In this document: positions 1 to 13,032 of the stretch, piece after piece
How positions within the stretch are numbered: position 1 is the first letter of the stretch
How the letters are laid out: each line of letters begins with the position of its first letter
Assembly (NCBI RefSeq): GCF_009914755.1
Contig: NC_060927.1
DNA length: 64,000 bases
From: the human T2T-CHM13v2.0 reference genome, Homo sapiens
Direction: 5' to 3' (one strand)
Translations under genes and position numbers: made by a program
The notes under the pieces: model-generated
The model's database searches: none
What the model was told of the DNA's origin: nothing
Seen by the model: only the letters and a program-made list of their open reading frames with translations

Positions 1-40
1 GAGAGAGAGAGAGACAGAGTGTGTGTGTGTGTGTGTGTGT
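1..40. repeat. compound (GA)n(GT)n microsatellite
   Basis: gagagagaga...gtgtgtgtgt read directly. Confidence 0.95.
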
Positions 41-1892
41 CTAATCTTATGAACAGTAGAATGGATAGGTGGTATAAATAAGATTTTAAAAATATGCAAT
101 TTATTTATTTTTTCTTTTTTAGTGAAGAGGATAGATTACTGGTACTAATGGAGCTTTACTTAATGCTATTTATAGGTTAAAATAAGGAACTATTCAGTAA
201 GGATGAAGAACTTGGGAAAGAGGCTACTGAAAATGCCAAGAATGAAAATAATCTAGGTATCAATATAGGTTACAGTACTTAAAATCCACCAGAACCATTA
301 ATCAGTTTATAACATGTAAACCAGCATTTATATCGAAACATTAAAATTGTAATTATATCCAGTTGAAATCATATAAATTTTTCAGGTACTCAGTTTCACT
401 GAGGCATGCTCATTTGATTGACCATTTTAACAATTACACTTTTACATAGACACTAATTCAATTGATTTTACAAATATGTCATGGGTGGAAGAGACATGTA
501 GACAATATAATTGGCAATATATGAGGTAAAGTATGTTTGGTATTATAAATAATGTATTTCTCAGGAATAACTTTTTAATTGAAAAAAACTCTTCCTATAA
601 AGAATTGACATTTTTGAAATTGTATAATGTGCTACATAAAATATAGGTAATTTAATCATTGATTCCATAGATTTTTCTTTTTACTTAAATTCATCATTCC
701 ACTAGTAATATCATGCTGATATAGTTACAGAATTAGGCATTCAGAGTGTGCCTGTGAACAGACTGATAAATAGTCATTTCAGTGGAAAATTGAGCATCTC
801 TGGTGGTTAGTAATTATGGAAAAAGGATGAATAGTCTGAACAAATAACGTTCTAGGCTTACAGAAATGAACAGAGAATTATGAATTTTCTAAAACACTTG
901 CTTATCAATTCATTTGTGCCAACATTTAAAATATACTTTTTCTTTTAAGCATTGTCCTGAATTCAATTTAACAAACTTCTGTTTTATGCTGCTCTATGCC
1001 AAATACCCTGTTATTGTGCCTAAGACAGATTTTTCTACCCTCAAGGGGTATTGAAGCACAGCGATAATTATACAGAATCACTAGGCCAAAGAATGTGTCT
1101 TCAGGTTGTTCTGAGTAATGTTTTGTGAAAGAATAATAAAAGGAGAGGTTAATTCTGGTCAAGGAAAATTGGGAATAAGAAGTTGCATGTCAGCTCTTTC
1201 AAAAAAAAAAAAAAACGTGAAGGAATTGGCCTTGAAAAAAAAGGGAGAAGGCAACTTCTAGGCGAAAGGAGTGGCTTGAGCAAAGGCACAGAATTATTTC
1301 ATGTATGTATCAGGTTTTAGGAATGCTGAGAATCATTTGGCCTGTAGGGTTGCAGTGGAAATAATCATTTGGCTGGAGTGGAGGTATACAGTGAGAAATA
1401 GGACCTGTAATCATAGGCTAAACCACATTTTGCAAGACTTAGAATTTCACTAAGTTGAGGTAGATAGTGCATATCTCTGCATCAGTAAGTTAACTTTTAA
1501 AACCTGTGTTTAATGTGTACATAGTGGATGAGATCTTTGTTACATAGTTGTATTGGACTTAGATATAGCCACTATAGTATATAAAATCAGATATCATTTT
1601 CAACAGTGGAGTACCTGTTAATTAAACATTAAGACAAAATTGATGTTAGGAAAACAAAAGTGCTGTTGGATGTTACATCACATTTTATTTTAATGGCAAT
1701 TGGAGATTAGAAATCTTTGTGTTTCTCTAATACTGAATATTGGTTTTGAATATCATATTTTATAGATAATTTTTGTGTGCTCTGACTTAGATGATCACTA
1801 GGGCTTCAGCAATGCAATATAGTACAAGATATGTGATCTTATCTGTTGGACATAGTGAATTGGTATTAGGAAACTTACCCTGAAATACTTCA

Positions 1893-2456
1893 TGTATTGG
1901 TCATGGTTCTTTAGAGAAAAAGAACTAATAGGAAATATATCTGTATCTGTTACACATATCTATATCTGTTTTTCTACCTAATGAGAGAGAGATTTAGATT
2001 TATTTTGGGAATTGGCTCACATGATTATGGAGGACATGAAATCCCATGATCTACAAACTGAAGAACGAGGAAAGTTGGTGGTGTAATTTAGTCCTAGTCC
2101 AAAGGCCCGGGGAGTGGGTACTGACATCAGTTCCCAAGTCTGAAGACCCAAGAACGAGGAGCTCTGATTTCTAAAGGCGGGAGAAGACAGATGTCGCAGC
2201 TTAAGAAGAAGGAGCAAATTTGTCCTTTCTACATCTTTCTCATTCTATCTCCACTTCAGTGGATTGGATGAGGTCAAGTTACATTAGTGAGGAAGGGCAG
2301 ATATTCTTTAATTTATCTATTGATTCAAATACTAAGCTCTTCCAGAAACATCCTTACACACACACCTGGAAATAATGTTTTAGCAGTTATCTGGAAATAA
2401 TGTTTTAGCAGTTATCTTTAGCCTAGTCATGTTGATACATAAAATTAACCATCACA
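1893..2456 (-). mobile_element. MLT2-family (ERVL) solo LTR
   Basis: Begins tgtattggtcatggttctttagagaa; contains ggaattggctcacatgattatggagg; ends cataaaattaaccatcaca, the reverse complement of the MLT2 start TGTGATGGTTAATTTTATG. Confidence 0.85.
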
Positions 2457-3099
2457 GTTAGGAAAATAAACATGTCATTCATGTGTAAATAAAAGCTGTA
2501 AGTAAACCTAACAACTAATGATTTTTATTTTTATAATAAAAGAAGCAGAGATTACAATCAACCTCTGTAGAAAGATACTTTATTCCATTAATCGGAGCCC
2601 ATCATTTCCTAATATAATTTTTCCAAAGGTGAAAATCAAAGGTTGGATGTACTATGATAGAGAATGGAGTAACTACCAATAAACATTTGTTTTTATAATG
2701 CAATTTATATATTTCATATAGTAAGAAGTAATTCATCATAGTAGAAGATTTCAGTATTACATTTTGATTCATCCTAAAATTGAAATTATCCAAAACTATA
2801 CCATGTGCATATTCAAGTTCTGAAAATGTAAATTTTGGTGATAATTTCTGTTGGTGAATATGGATTGCTATAGTTACTGTTTTCAAACTGATATTTAAAT
2901 ATTTTTTCTTCTTAGAAACTTCACAACATATATGGTAATGTTCTAAACACCCGTCATGTTAATTTCAATTATATTGTTCCATATTTCAAAGAAATGCATT
3001 AGGTTTTGTTAATTAATCAATTCTATCAGTGTACATTTCTTTAATATCCATGTTTGTAAGACATTTTATAGCTGTGAGGTGTTAATTGCCATCCACATA

Positions 3100-3222
3100 A
3101 GGGAAAGGACTTGATAATAGTACTCATATCATTAGATTATTAGAAGGATGAAATTATGTAATATATGTAAAGAAGTTAAAACAATGTCTGGTTCATAATA
3201 AACATTACATAAATATTATCAT
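3100..3222 (+). mobile_element. MIR 3' fragment
   Basis: ataatagtactcat...gatgaaattatgtaatatatgtaaagaagttaaaacaatgtctggttcataataaacattacataaata resembles the MIR 3' end. Confidence 0.6.
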
Positions 3223-4299
3223 TAGGAGTAGTGCAAGAACCCCAAATATTTTAAAGAAATGAAAAATCCAGACTTCTATATAGACCATTTGTTTCTTTGC
3301 TTTTTCCAGAATCATGTTTTATCATGTATCAAATATTTTTTTTTCTGAACCACAATTATATTTTTGTGCCTTTGTTTACTTAACTAATAAGGCAAAAATG
3401 TAGAATGAGTACTTTTTTCATTTAAATATAAATAAAATATACATGTACACTCATTTATTTAATCTTTCACCGCACATTATGTGAAAAATGCTATTTTGTG
3501 TACTGGAAGTGGTGGTGGACATGGTCAGTCATTACAAAAATATATGAACCCTCTTAGGATCTAGTACTAGTTATGATCTTTAGCTGTGAATACTATATCC
3601 AGGTTTGCTTGATATATAATCAAAACATATGTTATATTTTATTAAGTTAGCTTCATAACCAAGAATTGCCAAAGCAAATATGGGCAGTAATAATAGAAAG
3701 ACTCATTGACCCTAGATGTGAGATTTCAGTGTGGTAACGGCCTCTTAAAAGATGCTGAATCGAATTAACCAGGAGATAGAATTTGAAGGCCAGTGTGTTA
3801 AGTTCCTTGAAAGCATTTCCCTAGAAAAGAAAAGTAAACCTGGATACTCACTTGGAAGCGATAGATAAGCGAGACATAATTCTTACATTTCTTCATTTGG
3901 TTTGATGAGTCAAATATTTTAAAAGATCAGCCTGCAAATGAACAGCCTCCTGCACAAAATCTTATGTGATAGCTGAGCATATTTGAAGATGGTCATGTTA
4001 AGTACCCAAACTTTCTCTTATAATCATTTGCAGTAGGAGGAACACAATCTGCAAAGCCAGCGTTTGTTTCTTGAGACCATTCCTTTCAGGGGCTTGTCCC
4101 TGTTGAAGCACATGTCAGCACAGGTGAGCTCATGATTGCCTGGAGATCTCCTTGTGGCTCCTGTGACAAGCAGAAAGGAACACATTGTAGGATAGAAGCC
4201 TCCTGTGTTTATGGAGGGTGGCTTCCAAAGTTGCTGTCTCCTCTCCTCTTCCTTGCTTTATGTAGATTTAAATTTCTGACCTATTTCATTTTTCTTCTC

Positions 4300-5260
4300 T
4301 CCAAAGAATGTTTTTTAACATTTCTTGTTCTTGCAAGGTAAGTCTGCTGGCAACACATTCTCTGAATTTTGTTTGAGAAAGTCTTTATATCTTCTTCACT
4401 TTTCAGGGAAAATTTTACAAAGTACAGAATTCCAGGTTGGTGGGCTTTAACAAATCTCTAAATACTTTAAATATTTCACTCCACTGTTATTGCTTGCATG
4501 GTTTCTGAGGATGAATTGTATGTAATTCTTATCCTTGCTCCTCTATTCTTAAGGTGTTTGAGTCTTCTGGATTCTTTCAAGGTTCTTTATATTTGCTTTT
4601 TTTTTAAATTTGATGTGAAAATATTTTTTGAAGTTTGAATACAGTATATGTAGGTATAGTTTTTCTGGCATTTATCCTGCCTAGTGTTCTTTGAGCTTCC
4701 CGAATCTGTGGTTTGGAGCCTGACAATAATTTGGAGCAATGTCTGTGTCATTATTGCTTTAAATATTGCTCTCTTCCTTTCTCTTTTTTTCCCCATTTGA
4801 TATTCCCATTACACATAAACTGTTGGGTTTCTGCTTCCTTAAATTATGATTCTCAGGCCGAGGTGGGTGGATCACCTGAGGTCAGGAGTTCGAGACCAAC
4901 CTGGCCAACATGGTGAAACCCCGTCTTCACTCAAAATACAAAAATTAGCTGGGCATGGTGGGTACCTGTAATCCTAGCTACTCAGGAGGCTGAGGCTGGA
5001 GAATCACTTGAATTGGGAGGTGGAGGTTGCAGTGAGCCAAGATCATGCCCCTGCAGTTCAGCCTGGAAGACAGAGAAAGATTTCATCTCAGAAAAAAAAA
5101 AAAAGTTATGATTCTGTGTATCCACCAGTCCATCTCTCCAATTCTGGGGCAGTGCTTTACCCGCTGATCTAAGTGGAGTTGTTCATTTTTCAGTTTGTTC
5201 AGCTTTTTACTTGTTACAATGGAGAAGCTAATTCTAAACTACTTATTTGCTGGACCAGGC
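4300..5260 (-). mobile_element. old L1M fragment (ORF1/5' region), interrupted by an Alu
   Basis: tacagaattccaggttgg, ctggcatttatcctgcctagtgttctttgagcttcc and cagtttgttcagctttttacttgtt are typical antisense L1M ORF1/5' motifs. Confidence 0.6.
4854..5102 (+). mobile_element. 5'-truncated AluS (Sx-like)
   Basis: ggatcacctgaggtcaggagttcgagacc; A-tail; TSD aaattatgattct (4841-4853) / aagttatgattct (5103-5115). Confidence 0.93.
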
Positions 5261-5729
5261 AAAATAATACGTTTTCAACTGTCACAAACATTATGTAATG
5301 GGTTGCAACATTTGCTTAAACAGTTTTACAAATTATGATTCTACTTAATTTTCCTTAGCCTTCTGTTTTCTTGCAATGAACGGTCCTGAAATATTTACTT
5401 TCTCTTTGTATCAATCACTATCTGTAGCAATTGGCTTTATTTTCTTCATTCAATCTAAACAATAAATCAAGCTTTTATCCCTTTACATGACATTGTTGCT
5501 ATTTTTCCTTACAAATCGGTAAAGGAAGATTTCAGAGCTTTCTTGTGGTATGTATGTTGAGCAGTAGATGATGAAACTCCCAGGTGCTCTTAGAGATTTA
5601 ATTCTGTATGTCTTGACTTCATAAGAATAACCATGTACATTTCTGTCCCTGAATATTCAGATTATTAATGTGTCATGAGTCTGTAAAAGAACTGCAATTC
5701 AGCATTTCAGCATTTTACATACTTTTCGT

Positions 5730-5900
5730 GATCTCAATAATATTTATGTGAAGTAAATATTTTTATTACCACGTTATATATGAAAAAACTGGACCTGAGA
5801 AGAGTTTCAGAACCTACCCATGGTTGTGATGACCAAAGAAGCTGGTATTAAAACAGGTCATGTCAATCCCAAAGCCAAGACTTTAGTCATTACGGTATAG
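5730..5900 (-). mobile_element. MIR fragment
   Basis: attaccacgttatatatgaaaaaactggacctgag...agctggtattaaaacaggtc...cccaaagcc resembles the antisense MIR core. Confidence 0.55.
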
Positions 5901-7959
5901 CTATAACCACAAATTGATTTTCAACATTGTGATGACTGCAGTGAAGGGTGAAAGGACTCTCTTAAGGCTGACCAAGAGCAGACTTAATCTAGTTACAGTG
6001 TTGTTAGAAAGACCGATTTTGTTTAAAAGGATACATAGTTATTGAAAAGTACTGTAAAGATTAATTTTCCTTTGAAGCTTAATAATCAAACTAAGGATGC
6101 TTAATTATTCACAAATGTTTAGTTAAAAGCCTAGGAATATCTGGTGCATGTTTTAGATTGTTTTTATATTTAATTATCTTAGAAAGGAACTAAAGAAATA
6201 TTCCTTTAGTGTGTCTCTTTTAGAGACATTGTTTTCATTTATTTGTGCCTCAATAATTGTGTCTTTTACATGTCTGTTATTGACTGTAGGCTAATTAAGT
6301 GTAAAATATGGACTAGTCTAGTCCAAAAAACTTATAGAAATAATTACATTTGAAATGATAGAGTACTTGTCATTCTCAAAATGTCTTCTAAAGTAAATTG
6401 TCCAGGCAAGGGGCTTGCTAAGGGATACCAGTTATAGTTAGTGACACGGTGCCCTACTCCCTTGCCCATATGTTATTGAGACAAAGATGGACACATAATC
6501 TAAAGACAACTAGTTCAATGACTGACCAGCTCCTGTCACCTCTCATGGGGATTTCCATAAATGACTAAGCCAATCAGACTCCTCTTTTAGGAATTTAGGA
6601 TTTCTATGTTAAGAGTTCAGGAGAAATAGCAGCCAGAAACATCTGCCGTAAAGACACATTGAAAGATACATGCAGAAGGGTTAGAGTAGGGGGACTTGAT
6701 GACCTGAAGTCATGTGCAAGTAACAGTTCTAGGAGAGCAGGAAAAAAATCCAATAACTAAAGGGAGGCCATTCAGTAGTAGGAGGAGAACATAGAAGATG
6801 CAGAGGAAAAGCCATGAAGAAAGGAAAGATTAAGGTAGTTAGCACCTGTAGAGATGACCAAGTTTCTGCTGAATCTTCAGGTCCAATTCTTAGTTTTTCT
6901 TAAATTCCTTTTATCTGGGCTGCCAGATTGTAAATACAGATTGTACTTATAATAATAATAATAATAACAGTGAAACACCAGCACCATTTTGAGACAGAAC
7001 AGGAAACATGAAAGATCGTGGAAGGTAGAATTTCCTTGAGGAGAACTCAGGCACATGAATCATCCAAAGCTGATGGCTTTCTTTTATCAGCTCATGCATG
7101 GGTAAATGACCTCCCCTACATCCAGGTAGTGCAGAGAAACAGGTGAAGGAATATGCATAGTTTATTATAGAGTCCCTAAATTTTTAAATATTTAATACTC
7201 GAGCAACTATGATTTGTGTCACTTCTTTCTCCACTATCTCAGAATATTCCTTCCTGTACAGCAACCTCTGCAAAAGAAAATGTATTGCTGCCTCATTTTT
7301 CACTAGTTGAAAGAGCATGTTTTGTAGAATGATGAAATTCTATGGTGAGGAAGAAAAGTAACAGAAAAGCAGGTAACAATGATTTAATAAATCAGATGTG
7401 AAGTATTTATTGATGTTCCTGAATATGTAATCACCCTTGTATTCTCTGGGCAGCTGAAAAATAAGTATGTATGGAATTCATTTTTCAGTATCCCCACTGT
7501 TCTTTAATGAATAGCCATGATGATGTCTTTCTGTAAAAATATGTAGATGTATAATACACATTACACACACACACATACACAAACACACACATCTTTAAAA
7601 GGTATGGGTCTCATTAAGTCAAATCTTCTTGACTTACATAAAACAGTCTTTTATTTATTTTTATTTTTATTCATTTTATCTTTATTTTTTCCATTGTTAC
7701 TTACAAACCTTTAACTTCAGTCTTTACTTCCAAGAGAAGTTTCTGGTTATTTCTTTTAAAATAAATTCCTATATTGTAAAATATAAACTAAGATTCTGAT
7801 TTTATCAGCAAGTTCTAATTGTTTTACTTAGAGTCATTAAAATATTTATAAACTATTTTATTTATAAATAAAATAATCTGTATCTAAATCCAGAGCAAGC
7901 ACATACAAATGCTAAATTATCTTAGGAAACCCTAACATATTATTAATAAAATACATATA

Positions 7960-8060
7960 TTTTTTTTTTTTTGTAGAGATGGGGAGGTCTTGCTATGTTG
8001 TGCAGACTGGTCTCAAACTCCTGGGCTCAAGTGATCCTCCATGAGCCACCATGCCTGGCC
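7960..8060 (-). mobile_element. Alu left-monomer/FLAM fragment with internal deletion
   Basis: poly-T, gtagagatgggg..tcttgctatgttg..ctcctgggctcaagtgatcctcc joined to atgagccaccatgcctggcc. Confidence 0.85.
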
Positions 8061-8129
8061 TAGACATTTTTATAAATTTAATTATTTTCTATTTTAAGTG
8101 ATAAATTTACTCTTATTTTCTACAGACAA

Positions 8130-8900
8130 CTACCAAATCCTATTGATTCAACCTTCAAAAGCTCTTTCAAATCAGCCTATATCATCAGCTTCATCTGTCA
8201 CTCCATCATCAGTTTGACTCTTCATCATTTCCTCTCCAAGTTACCATAGTTGCATCCTAGATTGTTTACCTGCTTTGGGTCTTTCTCCAGCCCCTTCCTC
8301 TGACCTTTCCAACCCATCCCTCATCCTGTTGCCAGAACTGATTTTCTAAGCTGAAGATCAATTTATGTCCATGTCACTACTCTACTAAACCCCTCCTCTC
8401 CTTTCCTACCGTTTAACCTGTGGCCAACAGCTGCCTCTTCTGATCTTCATCTTTAACATTCCCTGATCTTCAGCCACCTCCACTTTCCAGCTTTTTCAAA
8501 AAAGACCTTTTTGGTAGTTTCTTCCATATGACTTGCTTTCTCTTGTCTCTGGATATAGGACCATGCTTATGTCTATCTGGAATGTTCCCTTTTATCTCTC
8601 TTCACTCTAACCCCCACTTTCTCTATCTCACTTTTTCCTATTGGTCTCTTAAGACAGAAATTTTCTGCCTTTTCTGGAAGACTTATATTGCCAAAGGTTG
8701 AATTAGGAAACTCCTTTTCTGGGACCACCTGAAACTCAGTGCATATCATAGCATTTATCTCACAATACTTAAATGTCTATCTTTTACCATATTGTAAACT
8801 CTTGCAGTAATGGATTGGGTGTTGTGTCTCTGGGTCAGGTAGATGGCATAGTAAGTGCTATATGAGGGATGCTCAATAAAAGTTGGCTGGATAGCTAAGT
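8130..8900 (+). mobile_element. L2 3' fragment
   Basis: Pyrimidine-rich L2 motifs (catcctgttgccagaactgattttctaa, ggcatagtaagtgct, atgctcaataaaagttggctggat). Confidence 0.65.
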
Positions 8901-11194
8901 AGATGTACATGTAACAAATTATTTTAAATAAGATATTGTTTAAAGGCTATATTTTGCAACTCTCATTGGAGCTGGAATAATTTGATACTAACTTTGGGCA
9001 GAATCAGTTGTGGAAAAAAGACTAAATGGTTGTGAAAATTGAACTGTGTTCTTGTTCATCGTTAGTCTTAAGTACAGGTAGAAAGTGTATACATTTGCTC
9101 TCATTTTTTGTATTTTAGACAATCCATTTTCTCACTATTCTCTCACTAAAATAGAAGTTTAAAGGTGGAATGGAAAGATATTGACCTACAAAATAAAAAG
9201 ACTACAAAATAGCCTATAAGCCATTTAAGTAATACCTATCAAGACTTAATAATATACTTTCAAAGAATTAATGACCGGTTTAGAACAGTTGATGATCTGA
9301 ATCACATCTGGGAATTATTCACTCCAGGTGGTTATTAATCCTGCACCTTGTAATTAAGATGAGAATAAAAAATAGAACATATGGATTTTTAATGAGTGAT
9401 AGATGGACCGCAAATTTTAGAGAATTAATACTAACCAGTGAAACTTTCAAAAAACACAGGTTGGCGTTAAATGTTAAATAGGTTTTTGTAATCTGTATCC
9501 ATGCCATTAGTATTTTGAATTAATGTACCATAGTCAGCAAAATCGATTCTTAAAATGAATTGACTTGGTTTTATTTTAGCAAAGCAAAACCTGTTGTGCT
9601 AATAAATATAATGCTTAACTTAGTCTTCTTCTTCCCCATAATTAGCAATGTATATGCAAATACTTCAATGAAATTAAAGAAGTCTTTCATCAAAAGCATG
9701 GAGTTAGGATTTGCGTGTGTATATAGTATGTGTGTGTGTATATATATATATATTTTTTTTTTCCTTTGGATGTTCATGCATCCTAAAGGCCATGTTTGGG
9801 AGGATAAAATGAAATTTGTCCTCTTAATTTAGAGAGTTTGATTTAATAATGTGATTAATTAAACAAATTATAGGCTTACCTTAAATGCAATGCTTTCTGG
9901 TGCACATTAGAAGGAATTTTATTTATGGTTACCAGTGAAAATAAGAAATTCTCATATTCATTATAAATATCATAGTAAATAAATATGTACAGCCACCATA
10001 TTATAGTTAATTTGTATTCTTTCTGTTGATAAGCATTATACTAATCGTTTGGATGACCATAAGCCCTAGTGGGAACAGAATTGGCAAGGCACATTAGAAG
10101 ACATGAATGGAGGCCCATATGCCTGGAAAATAGAGAGAGAGAGGGGGAGACAGAAAGATTGAGAGAGAGAGAAAGAGAGAGCAAGCAAGAGAAGGAAAGA
10201 GAGGTGTCAAGGAAAAACAGATAAAAGGGCCTTGTAAGTGATGCTAAGGCATGCCATTATTATCCTAATTTCAGTGTAATTTATTAGAGAGTAGTAAGCA
10301 AATTAACATTTTGAAAAGATTACTGTAATTGAATGCAGATAGAATAGTTAGAAAAATTCAACCCAAGCACAAGGAACTTAATAGTCTAGATGCAGACTAT
10401 TAAGTTGAATATTTGAATGTAATATTGTACATTTGACAACAAAAGCTATTATGAGCTAATGTCATTAAATATTATCACATAGCCCCCAGCTATGTTATGT
10501 CTATCTAGATATACAATCTGTATCATTCCAACAAGGCCGTCTTCCTTACAAATTACTATTTATATGATGGTTTTGAATAGGTTTTTAAGATTTGAAATCT
10601 CTAAGCCTCCAATTTTAATTCTTTTGTCATAGAGAAGGAATAAAAGTTGAATGGTGAAAAACATATAAAGTGAATATTCACAAATATTGTCTATACTTTT
10701 ACTGATTTATCCTCAATATTTAACATTAATTGATAGCACTAAGTTTGCCATCAATAAATATCACTTAAGTGAAAACTGAATAAATTGATTATTATTTTGA
10801 GTATTAGAATTATTGTAGAAAGATATATTTCACGCAATATACAGAACACTTAATATGGTGTCCACATTCTGCCTAATTTAATTGAAATATTGTCTATTAT
10901 TAGGTTTAAGACTTTGTAGGATTATGTTTTCATTATTTCACTGAAAATCTGAAAAGAAGATAAAACACTTCAGAGGGAAACTATGAATGTTACTGTATTT
11001 CTTTATTTCACTAAAGATCCATTTCTAGCATTTTGCCTTTGTTTATAAACGTAATTTGGATAACATTTATGAACATAATGCTGGATACAAGATCAATATA
11101 TGAATTCAAATTTATTTCTATCTACCATAAACAAACAAAAAATAAAAATGTATAACATATCATTTTCAACACATCAAAAACACACACTTTTACT

Positions 11195-12125
11195 GCATGA
11201 ACTCATGTGCAGAGTCTAGAGAATTTGATCTCATAGAATTAGTGAGTAGAATAGCAGTTAGTGGGGGATAGGGAAGGTACAGGGGAGGGAAAAAGAGACA
11301 TTGGTCAATGTGGACAAAGTTAGAGTTAGGAGGAAAGAGTTTTGGTGTCCTATTACACAGTGGAGTGACTATGGTTACAATAATATTGTATATTTCAAAA
11401 GAACTAGAATTGCTTTTGGCAGTATGATTATTTTTATGATACTGGTTCTTCCCATCCATGAGCATGGAATGATTTCCGTTTGTGTCATCTGTGATTTCTT
11501 TCATCAGCATTTCGTAGTTCTTCTCGTAGAGGTCTTTCACCTCCTTTGTTAAGTATATTCCTAGGAATTTTGTTTCATTGTTGTAGCTATTATAAAAGGG
11601 ATTGGGTTCTTGATTTGATTCTCAGCTTGGTCATTGTTGGTGCATAGAGTGCTACCAATTTGTGTACTCGATTTTGTAACCTGAGACTTTACTGAATTCA
11701 TTTATCAAATACAAGAGTCTTTTGGAGGAGTCTTTAGGGTTTTCTAGGTATAAGATGATATCATCAGAAGCGAGGAGGATAGGAGGGGGCAGTGAAGGAT
11801 GAAAAACTACCTATTGGGTACAATGTACGCTATTTGGGTGACCTCTACACTAAAAGCCCAGACTTCACCACTATACAGTTCATCCATGTAACCAATAACC
11901 ACCTATACTCCGAAAGCTATTATAATAAAAAATTTAAAAAAATAACTATAAGAGAGAATTTTGAATGTTCTCACCTCAAAGAAAAGATAAATGTTTGAAG
12001 TATTGGATTTGCTAAATACCTTGATTTGATTATTACATAATGTATACATGTATCAAAACATCACACTGTACCCCACAAATAATGTATAATTATGTGTCAA
12101 TTTAAAACAAAATAAAGTTAATTAA
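11195..12125 (+). mobile_element. L1MA-type 3' end, split at 11409/11939 by a younger L1
   Basis: gatctcatagaattagtgagtagaatag...gtatatttcaaaagaactagaa resumes as gagagaattttgaatgttctc...cacactgtaccccacaaat...gtgtcaatttaaaac. Confidence 0.8.
11410..11938 (+). mobile_element. L1PB4-like insertion with 5' inversion (twin priming)
   Basis: 11410-11767 is antisense ORF2 (KDLYEKNYEMLMKEITDDTN); 11768-11938 is the sense 3' end (aaaactacctattgggtacaatgtac...cccagacttcaccactatac); TSD aaaagaactagaa (11397-11409) / aaaataactataa (11939-11951). Confidence 0.8.
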
Positions 12126-12344
12126 AAAACCCACAAATACTTAAAGTATCACAAATCTAAGAAAAGATGTGCGAGAACATTGCATTGAAAACTACAAATA
12201 ACCTTTGAAGAAAATAAAGACATATAGAAATTGAAAGATATACCTGTTCATGTATTGGAAGAATCAGTTTAAAATACAAGTCAAATTTCTCAGTACCCTG
12301 TAAATGTAATGAAAGGAAACACCTCAGCTAATATTTTCCCCCCT

Positions 12345-13032
12345 TTTAAAAAAAATTGAGTTGAAATGAACATATCACAAAATTGACCATTTTAAAGTGA
12401 ACAACTCAGTATCATTTAGCACATTCACAATATTGTACAACCACTGCCTCTATTTAGAGTGAAAATATTTCATCACCCCATATCCATTAATCTGTTGCAC
12501 CCCATTCTTCCTCCCCCCACCTCACGCGCTGGCAAACACTAATCTGTTTTTTATCTCTGTGGATTCACCTATTCTGTGTATTTCATATAAATTGAATCGA
12601 ACAATATATGACCTTTTTGTGTCTGGCTTCTTTTACTTAGCGTGGTTTTGTTTCATTTGCATTGTATAATGTGTCAGTACTTCCTTTTTATAGTTGAATA
12701 ATATTACATTGTATGTATATATCAGTTCGTTTATCCATTTATATATTAATGAACATTTGGGCTTTGTGCACATTTTGGTTACTGTTAATTGTATTGCTGT
12801 GAACATGTGTGTACATTATTTGAGTTCCTACTTTCAGTTATTTTGGATATATACTTAGGAGAGGAATTTCTGGGTCATATCCCAATTCTGTGTTTAGCTT
12901 TACATGGAACCACCAAACTGTTTTCCATAGTGGCTGAACTATTTTTGTGTTCTCATCAGCAATGTGTGAGGGTTCCAGTTCCTCCCTATCCTCACCAATG
13001 CTTGTTATTTTCCCTTTGGTTATTCTTTTTTT
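12345..13032 (-). mobile_element. L1MB-type 3' end
   Basis: aaaattgaccattttaaagtgaacaactcag..catttagcacattcacaatattgtacaacca; gttccagttcctccctatcctcaccaatgcttg. Confidence 0.8.

Noticed and set aside
123-175. Acceptor-like T-tract plus AG with a short frame EEDRLLVLMELY
   Set aside because: Weak donors and an early stop; expected by chance.
6500-6960. Possible ancient LTR (gactaagccaatcaga motif)
   Set aside because: Too degenerate to assign a family or boundaries by eye.
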